A stretch of DNA of 64,000 nucleotides. Source: Mobula hypostoma. Lineage: Eukaryota. Position 1 is the first letter of the stretch. The number at the start of each line of letters is the position of its first letter. Shown piece after piece: positions 51,601 through 61,697 of the stretch. Under the pieces are notes generated by a model, which did no database searches, had not been told where the DNA came from, and saw nothing but the letters and a program-made list of their open reading frames with translations. A program made the position numbers and the translations under genes. Where the stretch lies: positions 11,658,001-11,722,000 of the forward strand of contig NC_086101.1 in NCBI RefSeq assembly GCF_963921235.1. The letters run 5' to 3'.

Positions 51601-52172
51601 TCTGCTGCTGCTCCATTTTGAGAATAGCCGATTTTCTCTCAGCGAGCGACGTGAGGGAAGATTTCACCTGATCCTGGGATATTGTAGAAAATCATGAACA
51701 ACAGTGTTAGATAACCGTGTGTAATCAATTAGATCATCAAACGTGCCTCCTAATTCATTACCTTGTAAACTTCAACAGCTTCGTTAATTGGCATAAAGTT
51801 ATGAGACTTGTGTTCCCGCGAATCTCTACAGATCAGGCAGATCAGCGTCTTGTCAGTTTCACAAAATAGTTTCAGTTCTTCCTCGTGTTCCTCGCAGTGA
51901 AGATCACTTTCCGTCTCTGTTGGACTCAGTTTCAGTTTTCGAGCTTTGTCAGCCAGTCTCACCAAGGTCCGATTCCCTCTGAGGGATATTTCGTGAAACT
52001 CCTCTCTACATTCCGGACAGATGTTTCTCGTCCCCTTTTCCCAATACTGAGTGATACAGGGGCGGCAGAAGTTGTGTCCGCAGTCCAGTGACACCGGATC
52101 AGTGAAGAAATCCAGGCAGATGGGACAAATTACCTCCTCGGTGAAATCCTCAACTTGTTGTTTTGAAGCCAT
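37194..52172 (-). CDS. TRIM gene C, complete RING-Bbox-CC-PRY/SPRY E3 ubiquitin ligase (~478 aa)
   Basis: Exons 52172-51762 (411), 51673-51578 (96), 51487-51254 (234), 43016-42994 (23), 42892-42780 (113), 37753-37194 (560, PRY/SPRY). Total 1437 nt, canonical GT/AG sites. Confidence 0.92.
37910..38900. mobile_element. Cluster of Penelope terminal repeats in both orientations, carrying degenerate hammerhead motifs
   Basis: Motif remnants at ~37917 (+), ~38160 (-), ~38310 (+) and ~38495 (-); inverted pair at 38221-38425. Confidence 0.75.
39638..39705 (+). repeat. (GT)n(GA)n compound microsatellite
   Basis: Read directly from the sequence. Confidence 0.95.
39706..42203 (+). mobile_element. CR1 LINE, 5'-truncated within the endonuclease domain and disrupted
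   Basis: VVGDFNFPYIDW..GSSDHNTV (APE end) and RT motifs; stops at ~40620 and ~40952, frameshift near 41725; (TTTTCTATGG)n tail. Confidence 0.92.
43900..44185 (+). mobile_element. V-SINE/HE1-like SINE
   Basis: B-box GGGTTCAATTCCC, V-domain GGTTTCCTCTGGGTTCTCCAGTTTCCTCCCA, (AATA)n tail. Confidence 0.7.
44470..44686 (-). mobile_element. tRNA-derived SINE with an RTE-like body and (TTC)n tail
   Basis: Minus strand: A-box TGGTATAGTGG, B-box GAGTTCGAATCC, then GGGTTGAGCGTCAAGCGAGCAACTTGGCCTTGTAAAAA, ending TTCTTCTTC. Confidence 0.7.
44795..45410 (-). mobile_element. Rex1/Babar-like LINE 3' fragment
   Basis: LRRLGLS..YKCTVQSILTGCITVWYG and PQHPGHAVFSLLP motifs; (CTGATT)n tail. Confidence 0.75.
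46090..47000 (+). mobile_element. Internally deleted Penelope-like element with an inverted-terminus insert at 46429-46564
   Basis: AELLLNLNNFSFG..GSHGH and EEQHL motifs; TSD ACCTTGTATTC (46418-46428) / ACCTTATATTC (46565-46575). Confidence 0.75.
49257..50196 (+). mobile_element. Internally deleted RTE-clade LINE
   Basis: RTE-type 5' UTR (GGTTCAGCTCAGGGCTAACAAC), APE start KTKVVFWNV, 3' end AKDRQRWRSFIAAL; ~15-bp TSD TATTGAGAGAGGTCC / TAATGAGAGAGGACC. Confidence 0.75.
50372..51083 (+). mobile_element. L2-clade LINE 3' fragment
   Basis: LGVILDSDLNFKSHI and RLDYCNALF motifs; L2-type 3' end GCGCTTTG..GAAAAGTGCTCTATAA..(ATT)n. Confidence 0.8.
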
Positions 52173-52185
52173 GTTTTATCCGGAC

Positions 52186-52215
52186 ACTTCCGGGTCCAAA
52201 TTCCTTTCACTTTCG
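52186..52215 (-). promoter_or_regulatory. IRF-E/ISRE-like (GAAAGTGAAAG) plus ETS (CCGGAAGT) motifs upstream of the gene C ATG
   Basis: Plus-strand CTTTCACTTTCG at 52204-52215 and ACTTCCGG at 52186-52193. The ETS-like ACTTCCTGG is at the same relative position in gene A (12111-12119) and gene B (23737-23745). Confidence 0.5.
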
Positions 52216-52754
52216 GCGAGCAACTGAACTCCTTGTAGTACGGCCATTGTCCACTAGTCGCGCTAGAGTTCCCAGCGCCACGGTCCGTTCGCTGCAGTGG
52301 AGCGCGGTGGGGGCTCTGGGGCGACGTGGTCGAGATGACATTAAACAAGCCTGAATATATAAAGAGTAAAGTAGCAGAGTCGGATAAGTGTTGTGCCCCG
52401 TGAGAAGCGATCAAGAAGACTAGAGCCATACTCTCTGGGGTTCACAATAATATTGGACTGGAATGGACCAATTCAGTTACAAGGGCTAAATGGAGAAGGC
52501 TGGTCTTTTATCCTTCGAGAAGGTAAGGCGAAAGCATAACATGATTGAGGTAAATAAAATCACGAGGGACACATTCCCACACATTCCCGCGCCAACATCG
52601 TGTGCTCGGCAGAACAACACACTACAGAACAACCAGCACACCCTCTCCTTAACTCCCTCTCTCCCACCCACCCGCCCACACACATAGAATTAGGATAAGG
52701 GGGGAAGGGAGAAAGAGGCGAAATGAATCGGAATCAGATTTAATATCCTTCAAG

Positions 52755-54085
52755 CTAAAGGTGTAGCCATGGGTGCTCGATTGTGTCCCAGCTATGCCTG
52801 CCTTTTGTCGACCTCGTGGAACAGCCTATGTTCCAAGCGTACACTGGTGCCACTCCCCCCGTTACCTACGCTACATCGACGACTGCATTGGTGATGCTTC
52901 CTGCACCCATGCCGAGCTCTTCGACTTCATCAACTTTGCCTCCACAGCTACCTGTCTCTCTCAACTACCTCGGCTATACCTCTTCCCACCCTGTTACTCG
53001 TAAAAATGTCATCCCCTTCCCTCAATTCCTCCGTCTCCGCCACATTTTTTTCTCATGATGAGGCTTTTCATTCCAGAACGAAGGAGATGTCCTCCTTCTT
53101 CAAAGAAGGGGGCTTTTCTTTCTCCACCATCAAAGCTGCCCTCGACCTCGCCTCTTCCTTTTCATGCACAGAGTTTGTCTTCACCCCATCTTCCCACCAC
53201 CCCACCAGGGATAGGGTTCCTCTTATCCTCACCTACCACCCCACCAGCCTCTGCGTCCGGCACATAGTTCTCCATAACTTCCACCATCTCCAGTGGGATC
53301 CCGCCACCAAGCACATATTTGCCTCCCCGACCACCCACACACCCATCTTCTGTTTCCCACAGGGATCACTCCCTACACAACTCCCTTGTCCATTCATCCC
53401 TCCCCACTGATCTCCCTCATTGCATGTCATTGCAAGTGGAACAAGTGTTACACCTACACCTACACCTCCCCCTTCACTACTATTCAGGGCCCAAACTGTC
53501 CTTCCAGGTGAGGCAACATTTCACCTGTGAGTCAGTTGGGGTCATCGACTGTATCTACTGCTCCCGATGTGGTCTCCTATATATCAGTGAGACCCAGCCC
53601 TAGATTGGGAGATCACTTCGCCAAACACCTACACTCTGTCCACCAGAAAAAGCGGGATCTCCCAGCGGTCACCGGTATTAATTTCATTTCCTATTCCGAC
53701 ATGTCAATCCATGGCCTCCTCTACTGTCGCAATTAGGCCATGTTCAGGTTGGAAGAGCAACACCTTATATTCTGCCTGGGTAGCCTCTAACCTGATGGCA
53801 TGAACATCAACCTCAAACTTCTGGTAATGGCCATTCCCTCCCACACCATTCACCATTCCCCATCCGCTTTTCCCTCTCTGACCTTATCTCCTTGCCTGCC
53901 CATGTTTCTCCCTCCACACCTTCTAACTCTGCTCATCTATTTTCTCTAGTCCTTCTGAAGGGTCTCAGCCAAAAACTTCGACTGTTTATTAATTTCCATA
54001 GATGCTACCTGACCTGCTGAGTTGCACCAGCACTTTGCGTGTGTTGTCTTGGATTTCTAGCACCTAGAGATTATCTTGTGTTAGT
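52755..54085 (+). mobile_element. Penelope-like element (degenerate RT and GIY-YIG) just upstream of gene C
   Basis: KGVAMG, YLRYIDDCIG and CIYCSRCGLLYISET motifs; degenerate terminal hammerhead motif at ~53948-53983. Confidence 0.85.
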
Positions 54086-54093
54086 GAGGTAGC

Positions 54094-55337
54094 TGTTCTG
54101 TACCCCTAGGGTTCATATTTTCTGTGGACTGTCACTTTAAAATGCCGCAAGAATGAGACTGGCTTTTCGACACTGTTTGAACTGCTTGAGAGAGAGAGAC
54201 AGGAGGAGTTATTTGATGGACAATCTCTGCAGCTTGTTTTGAATATACAAGGACATGCAGACACACACAGTTAGAGTCAAGATGGATTCGGTCAATGGAA
54301 GACACCAGTGAGTCGGTCGCTGGTTTAAACTTCCAGTAGCCCAAAAGGGGTGAGTTGAGATCGAGCCTGAGTATTGATGAATGACTCCTACAAGTTTTCT
54401 GCAACTAGAACAAGTTTGCAGGAAGAGAAGAGAAGAGGGATAGGTTTGAAAATAGAAGAAACCTAGTGACAAGAGGTCACTGTTTGGACTCTCTCTCTAA
54501 GTAGCCAGTGAGGGTGTTTGTGTTTCCATTTGACTACAAAAGTGTGATTGTCACTTAGTTAATCTACAGGAGTGGGTTCTCTGGTCAGGGGAAAACCTTT
54601 GTGAATACCACATGTGTGTATTTCCCCTTTGTCTGGGTGTGGTAGTTCACTGAAGAAAGGTACCCCTGTGGCAAATCACTGTTGGAGTTATTTCGTATGT
54701 TGTGGAACTGGATAAGTGGCTATCACGTTGTGTGTTTGGGGTAACCTTGTGAAATCTACTGGTGTGTTGATCCTTGCCTGGGTGGTGGTTCCCTCAAAGA
54801 GGATTCCCTTTGTGATAAACTACTGCTGGTGATAATCCATACGTGGATTCTGTTGGACTACCTGTGGCCACCACTTTGAGATGTCCCATAGCTGAATTTG
54901 GGTGTGGTACCACTTGTGTTGAAAGGATATTCGTTGAAGATCACTGTCGGTGATATTTCATGTGTGGAGTGGAACAACTTCGGAGATAAAACCTACTACT
55001 ATTGTTATTTTTTTATTGCTGTCATGGAATCTGTGGAATAGCAACGTAATTGCCTTCTCACAACATTCGCCTTTGCATTACAAACATCTCGCATTAACCA
55101 ACCTGTGCATCTGAACTGAACTTTTCTTACCTACCACCTAAGCTTCAAGAAGTTTGGGTTTTATATTTCCATATATATATATATATGCATAAGCTCTGCT
55201 AACCTGTTTGATTTATCCGGTTTTATGTTACTTTATTATGTAGTTATTAATAAAATAGAATTAGTTAACAGCAAAACCAGACTCCAGGTGTGTTCTATTT
55301 CTGCTGGTTCTTTTAACCCGCTATGGGGTACGTAACA
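54094..55337 (+). mobile_element. Probable solo LTR (~1.24 kb)
   Basis: TG...CA ends with 13-bp imperfect inverted termini (TGTTCTGTACCCC / GGGGTACGTAACA) and AATAAA at ~55248. Non-coding; interrupts a Rex1-like fragment. No clear TSD. Confidence 0.6.
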
Positions 55338-56124
55338 AAATGCTCATGGGTTCAATGTCCATTCAAAAATCTGATGTCAGAGAGGGAGGAGGGGGTAGAA
55401 GAAGCTATTCCTGCATCATTGAGTATGTGCCTTCAGGCTTCTGTCCATCCTCCCTGAAGGTAGCCATGAGAAGAGGTCATGTCCTATGTGATAGGGGTCC
55501 TTAATGATGGATTCTTAGATGGTCAGACACCCTGAGACACCCTGAGCCAATAGGCTGGTCCTGGACTTATTTCATAATTTACTGGCATAATTTACATATT
55601 ACTATTTAACTATTTATGGTTTTATTACTATTTATTATTTATGGTGCAACTGTAACAAAAACCAATTTCCCCCAGGATCAATAAAGTATGACTATGACTA
55701 TGACTATGACTATTCTGCCTTTTGAGGCATTGCTCCTTAAAGAGTGTGAAGCATCAGCAATGCATCTGCCTGAGAGAGTGCTTGAAGCTGGGTGGCCAAT
55801 CTCATATAAGAGTTATTTAGATGAGCACTTGATAGACGCAAGAGATTCTGCAGATGTTGTAAATCTTGAGCCACACACACACAATGTTGGAGGAATTCAG
55901 CAAGGCAGGCAGGATCTACAGAGAGCAATAAACAGTCAATGCTTCTGGTTGAGATTCTTCATCAGGACTTCATTTGTACAGGGCACTGGTGAGGCTGCAC
56001 CTGGAGTACTGCATACAGTACTGGTTTCCTTACTTGAGGAAAGGCTTTGGAGGCAGTACAGAGCTGGTTCACCAGGTTGATTCTGGAGATGAGAGTCTTA
56101 CATATGTCGAGGGCCATAAGACCA

Positions 56125-57085
56125 TTGGAAAGAACCTTGGCAATTGTGGGGATGACTTACAGCAGACAGAAATGCTTGAGCATATAGACATTTATAAAGA
56201 GGATGTGCTGGAGCTTTTGAAAAGCATTAAGTTAGATTAATGACCAGGACTGGATGAGATATACACCAGGCTACTGTGGGAAGCAAGAAAGGAGATTGCT
56301 GAGCCTCTGGCAATGACCTTTGCATCATCAATAGGGACAGGAGAAGTACTGGAGGATTTGATGGTTGCAAATGTTGTCCCCTTGATCAAGAAAGGGAGTA
56401 GAGATAACCCAGGAAATTAGAGACCAGTGAGTCTTACTTCAGTGGTGGGCAAGTTGTTGGAGACGATCCTGAGACGCAGGATTTATGAGCATTTGGAGAG
56501 ATATAATCTGATTAGGGATCAGCATGGCTTTGTCAAGAGCAGGTCATGTCTTACGAGCTTGATTGAATTATTTGAGGATGTAACAAAGCACACTGATGAA
56601 GGTAGAGCTGTGGATCTAGTAAATATGGATTTCAGTAAGGCATTTGATAAATTTCCCCATGTAAGGTTCTTTCAGAAAGGAAGGAGATATGGCATGAAAG
56701 GAGACCTTGCTTTGTCGATCCAGAATTAGCTTGTCCACCGAGGGCAAAGTGTGGTTGTAGATGGTTCATATTCTACATAGAGGTCGATGACCAGTTGTGT
56801 TCTGCAGCGATCTGCTCTGGGACCCCTCCTCTTTGTCATTTTTATAAATGACCTGGATGAGGAAGTAGAAGGGTGGATTAGTAAATTTGCTGATGACGCA
56901 AAGGTTGGTGGTGTTGTGGATAGTCTGGAGGGTTAATGGTTACAGCGGGACATCAATAGGATGCAGAACTGGGCTGAGAAGTGGCGGATGGACTTCAACC
57001 CAGATAAGTTTGAAGTGGTTCATTTTGGTAGGTCAAATATGATGGCAGAATATAGTATTAATGGTAAGACTCTTGGCAGTGTGGA
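56125..57085 (+). mobile_element. Degenerate CR1 RT fragment
   Basis: [32 protein letters not shown] and KFADDAK motifs. Confidence 0.85.
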
Positions 57086-57089
57086 ACCA

Positions 57090-57710
57090 AGGGGAGTGGC
57101 TACTGGAAGTTAGAGAAGTGAATGTTCATACCCTCAGGTTGGAGATTACCAAGACAGAATATGAAGAGTTGCTCCTCAGACCTGAGTTTAGCTTCATCAT
57201 GGCAGTACAGAAGGACGTGGACAGATAATTTGATGTGGGAATGGGAAGCGGAATTGACAAGTCCAACAAACAGGAGACTGTGGCTGTTGTGATGGATGGA
57301 GTGAAGGAGACTCCAATCCGTGATGAGTCTCATCAGTGAGAAGGAGGCTGCACCTGGTGCCCTAGATGCAATAAATCACCTTGATAGAATCGCAGGTGAA
57401 GTATGACACAGCTGGAAGCTTTGCTTGGGGCCCTGGATGATGGAGAGGGAAAAGGAGTAGCACTTGCCCAGCTTGCAGGGATAAGTGCCAAGAGGGAGAT
57501 CAATGGGGAGAATGAAGTGGACAAGGGACTCTCGGGGAGAGTAATCCCTGCAGAGGTAGAAGTGAACGATATGCCTGGTGGTCGAATCCTGTTGGACAAG
57601 TTGTGGAAAGTGATGTGTTGTATGCGGAGGTTCACGGACTGGTAAGTGTGGAGGTGGAGCCCTATCCCTGCTATTTTGAGGTGTAGGAATGGGGTGAGTG
57701 GTACAGTACA
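57090..57710 (-). mobile_element. Penelope-like fragment
   Basis: GTYPCKLGKCY and EAKLRSEEQLFIFCLGNLQPEGMNI motifs. Confidence 0.75.
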
Positions 57711-58329
57711 CATTTTGATAAATTCACCTTGAACTTAAGGTGATTTTTTTCTTTCATTTCACAAATCTAAGTTGGCTGAAACTATTATTTTTCAAACTCT
57801 TCTTTTTCATACTTCATTATGGATTCCAATATATTCTCTACTTCTGACATCCGGCTAAAAGTTTAAGAAGTCAGAGACTCACAGAGTGGCTAAACACAGA
57901 CACAGGCTCCTCTGCTTCCCACGTCCAGATCTCCTGACTTCCTTTCATGACGTTCGCAGTCAGTTCTTTGGTCATTCTGACGTCGAGTGCGTGGTTGTTG
58001 AAGTGACACCATTCAACCAGCCGATCTATCACCCTCTTCGTCTGTATATGAGATTCTACCAACAATACATTTATCGGTGGCCTTTGAGCTGTGCGCTGTG
58101 ATGAGCGGAGAGAGTCGCTCAAAAGGCTAAGAACGCCACCATGAGGTGTGCCTGTGTAACACCAGCTTTATTTCCACATTCCACATTCGACGGAATTCAG
58201 GAATTAAATGGGACCCGTTCAGCGCCAATCTGTTCTTAACAGGGTTTCCGCGCAGTTCCAGACGCCGATCCGGGTCTCTGACCACCCCCCACTTCCTTAC
58301 ACTGGTCCCAGGACCCCCTCCTTCCGCAG

Positions 58330-59197
58330 GCCTGGAGTGAAGCTGATTCTCAATTAGTTCTCTTTCCAAGTCTCCAAGAAGGATAAAGTTTCTCAGTGTG
58401 GAGGAGAAGAGATTTGGTGTCCATGCAGTGAAATGAAATTGTCCCTGCCTCGTAACTGAGATAAACGACCCCCACCCTCCCTAGGGTGGGATCGGCTCGA
58501 AGAAGGAATCTGGGGAAGAGGGAATCTGAGCTTAAGGTCACCCCGCACGATGGTCCAGAATCCCTTCTCCGCTCCAGTTTCGACCTGCCTCTTCCTCTCT
58601 GCTCCAAGAGCACCACAACCTTGTCGTGGTTTGGAGGCTTGCGCGCCTCAATAACCCGGAGACCTATGTTGGCTGGAGTCAGGGCTTTATTCTTTGCTCT
58701 TGGTAGCGTCACCCATGTCAAACAGGTCAAAGGGTCGAGGGCAGACTTATCGGTCCTCCAGTTTGGGGGTTCAGCTCAGAGCTAACAACTGGCAAATCAA
58801 AATTGTTACGGAAACACCAATGAAGAATCCTTCTACATCTGAGTGTAATGGTATTCCTGAATCTCCAGATGGGACTTCCACGACTGACAGTGGTGAGAGA
58901 TGAAGGACCTCCATTGCTGCTCTAAACGCCAGCGGCGTAACCGGCAGTTTAAAAATATCTTCCCCTCCACAGCCGCTGCAGCGACTTCCAGAATCCTGCC
59001 ACGATTCCCCATAACCTCCACCTCCCAGTAATGGCTCCCCAAAGTGAATCCCTCCGATCACAGCGCACAACCCGAGTCTGTGAACCCCTTCCTGGTGTCA
59101 GGGAGATCCCTCCGGGTCCCGGTCCGTCTCACACTCCTCTGATCCTCAGACACCTCGAGCTGTGGATTCGCCGTTTCCACATCCAGGGTGACAGAGA
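58330..59197 (-). pseudogene. Orphan pseudogenised TRIM PRY/SPRY exon
   Basis: Acceptor at 59198-59199, then VSVTLDVETANPQLEVSED..CAL* with GGA->TGA at 59058-59060. A retroelement is inserted at 58600-58957, and the distal part (GRVGVVYLSYEAGTISFH..TEKLYP) has lost the FTGNKF segment. Confidence 0.88.
58600..58957 (+). mobile_element. RTE-derived bipartite non-autonomous retroposon inserted in the B30.2 pseudo-exon
   Basis: The 5' UTR and 3' terminus of the RTE at 49257-50196 are joined directly; 10-bp TSD TCTTCCTCTC (58590-58599) / TCTTCCCCTC (58958-58967). Confidence 0.8.
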
Positions 59198-59520
59198 CTG
59201 GTGAGAGAAGCAGAGAATTAGAGAGGCCCCGGAGATTTGGGGGCGGGTGTTGCGGGGTGGGTAGAGGCTCTGGGAGCACGACATCAGGACGCGTTGGCCA
59301 ACGAAATAATTTCTGAGTTTCACAGAAATGTATCAACTGGACAGGCAATGCGCCTTTCGAATTTAAAGCTCAATTGTTTGTCTTTCCACAGATTGCGCCT
59401 CACTTTTCGGGAGTTCCTGCTTCATTTCAAATATCATTGACGATTTATCTTAAGGCTTGGAAAGGTAATGCCCATCTCCTCCATTTCAAGCACGTCTGCC
59501 CTCATTGTCCCGCCGCTCTA

Positions 59521-59989
59521 CCAGGGATAGGGCGGTCCTCATCCCACCGCACCAGGGGCAGGGCGGTCCTCATTCCACCGCACCAGGGACAAGGTGGTCC
59601 TCATCCCACCGCACCAGGGATAGGGCGGTCCTCATCCCACCGCACTAGGGGCAGGGCGGTCCTCATCCCACCGCAACAGGGGCAGGGCGGTCCTCATCCC
59701 ACCGCACCAGGGGCAGGGCGGTCCTCATCCCACCGCACCAGGGGCAGGGCGGTCCTCATCCCACCGCACCAGGGGCAGGGCGGTCCTCATCCCACCGCAC
59801 CAGGGTCAGGGCGGTCCTCATCCCACCGCACCAGGGGCAGGGCGGTCCTCATCCCACCGCACCAGGGGTAGGGCGGTCCTCATCCCACCGCACCAGGGGC
59901 AGGGCGGTCCTCATCCCACCGCACCAGGGGCAGGGCGGTCCTCATCCCACCGCACCAGGGACAGGGCGGTCCTCATCCCACCGCACCAG
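59521..59989 (+). repeat. 31-bp minisatellite, 15 copies
   Basis: Unit CCAGGGGCAGGGCGGTCCTCATCCCACCGCA, starting every 31 nt from 59521 to 59955. Confidence 0.95.
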
Positions 59990-60460
59990 CCTCAGCGTCC
60001 AGCACATAATTTCTCCGTAACTTCCGCCATCTCCAACAGGATCCCACTACCAAGCACGTATTTCACTCCCCCCACACCCCACTTTCTGCTTTCCGCAGGG
60101 ATTGCTTCCTACACGAATCCCTTGTCCATTCGTCCCTCCCCGCTGATTTCCCTCCCGGCACTTATCCTTGCAAGCAGAACAAGTGCTACACCCGCCCCTA
60201 TACCTCCTCTCTCTCTACCATTCATGACCCTAAGCAGTCCATCCAGGTGAGGCGACACTTCACCTGTTGGGATCATATGCCGTGTCCGGTACTCCCTGTG
60301 TGGCCTCCTGTATATTGGTGAGACCCGATGTAGATTGAGACACCGCTTCGCCGAACACCTACGCTCTGTCTGCCGGAAGAAGCGGAATCTCGCAGAGGCC
60401 ACGCATTTTAATTCCACTTCCCATTCCAATATGTCTATCCATAGCTTCCTCTACTGTCGC
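59990..60460 (+). mobile_element. Penelope-like GIY-YIG fragment continuing from the minisatellite
   Basis: GTYPCKQNKCY, CGLLYIGETRCRL and HRFAEHLRSV motifs. Confidence 0.85.
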
Positions 60461-61064
60461 GAAACACGACTCCAATATTTATGGAAGTCAGACCAGGATT
60501 CCCCCCTACAGTCCGGGGATTTACCTCCGTCTCCTGCACACTTCTATGAGAAATCCTGAGAGAAAATACTTTGGAATTTTAGGATGCTTCCTCCCAAGTT
60601 TGGCCTCTTTAATTTGCCTCTCCTGGGATATTTGTAGGGCTGTTGGTCCGAAAGGTGGGTCATAGAGACATAGAGCACCACAGCACAGAAATTTTGTCCC
60701 AACTAATCTGCGCCGACCTGCTCCCCCTCTGAGCAAAGACGACCCCCATCAGATTTCCCGTAAATACTTCATCGTTCATTCTGAACACATGGCCCCTAGT
60801 TCTAGTCTCACCAAACCTGAGGGAAAAAATGCCTAGATACATTCACCCTAACAACACCCTTCATAATTTTGTCAACCTCTGAAAGAATGCCCTTTATTCC
60901 TTGATGTTCCTCCAGTGAATAAAGTCCTGGGCTATTCAAGTTTTCCCTCTACTGCAGGTCAACAGCACTCTATAATTTCTATATGATCCTTAATTCTCTA
61001 TAACTTGCTCCCTGAAGTCTCTGCAACAGTGAGTGTTTGCCTCCACGCATGTATCCTGTCTGTT

Positions 61065-61428
61065 CAAGGTATACAAAATTATGAGGGGGTATAGATAGGG
61101 TAAATGTAAGCAGGCTTTTCCCACTGAGATTGGGTGGGACTACAACCAAGGGTCATGGTTTCAAGGTGAAAGATGAGAAGTTTAAGGGGAACATGAGGGA
61201 AACTACTTCACTCAGAGGGTCATGAGAGTGTGGAATGAGCTGCCAGCACAAGTGGTCCATGCGAGCCTGATTTCAATGTTCTAGAGAAGTTTGGATAGGT
61301 ACGTGAACAATGGAATGGAGTCTATGGACCCGGTGCAGTTCGATGGGATTGGGCAGTTTAAATAGTTTTGGCATGAACTAGATGGGCCAAAGGGATTGTG
61401 TTTCTGTGCTGTACTTCTCTATGACTTT
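61065..61428 (+). mobile_element. CR1 3' fragment
   Basis: GIDRVNVSRLFPLR..VWNELP motif and CR1 3' UTR. Confidence 0.75.
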
Positions 61429-61697
61429 AAGCACATTTGTGATCATGACATATGGTGTCCTTTCACATTGTTAGTATGTAGTTAACATGTTAAGGTTAAA
61501 GGATCAGCAGTTCCAGTATCAAATTCATTTTTTTTATTTCACTGTTCCCACATTTAAAATTCAATGGTTTTATTTTCAGGTTCAGCGGGGACGTGGGAAT
61601 TAAATAAGACTTGTTCAGTACCAACCTGTTCACAATGGTGTTTCTGTCCTTAGCTCCTGAGCCCTGCTTCTGAAGCCAAACCCAGGATGTGAATGAA

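Noticed and set aside
59521..59989. CRISPR-like array or 165-aa repetitive ORF (59374-59871)
   Set aside because: The 31-bp units are contiguous with no unique spacers, there are no cas genes and the context is eukaryotic. The ORF is a by-product of the repeat.
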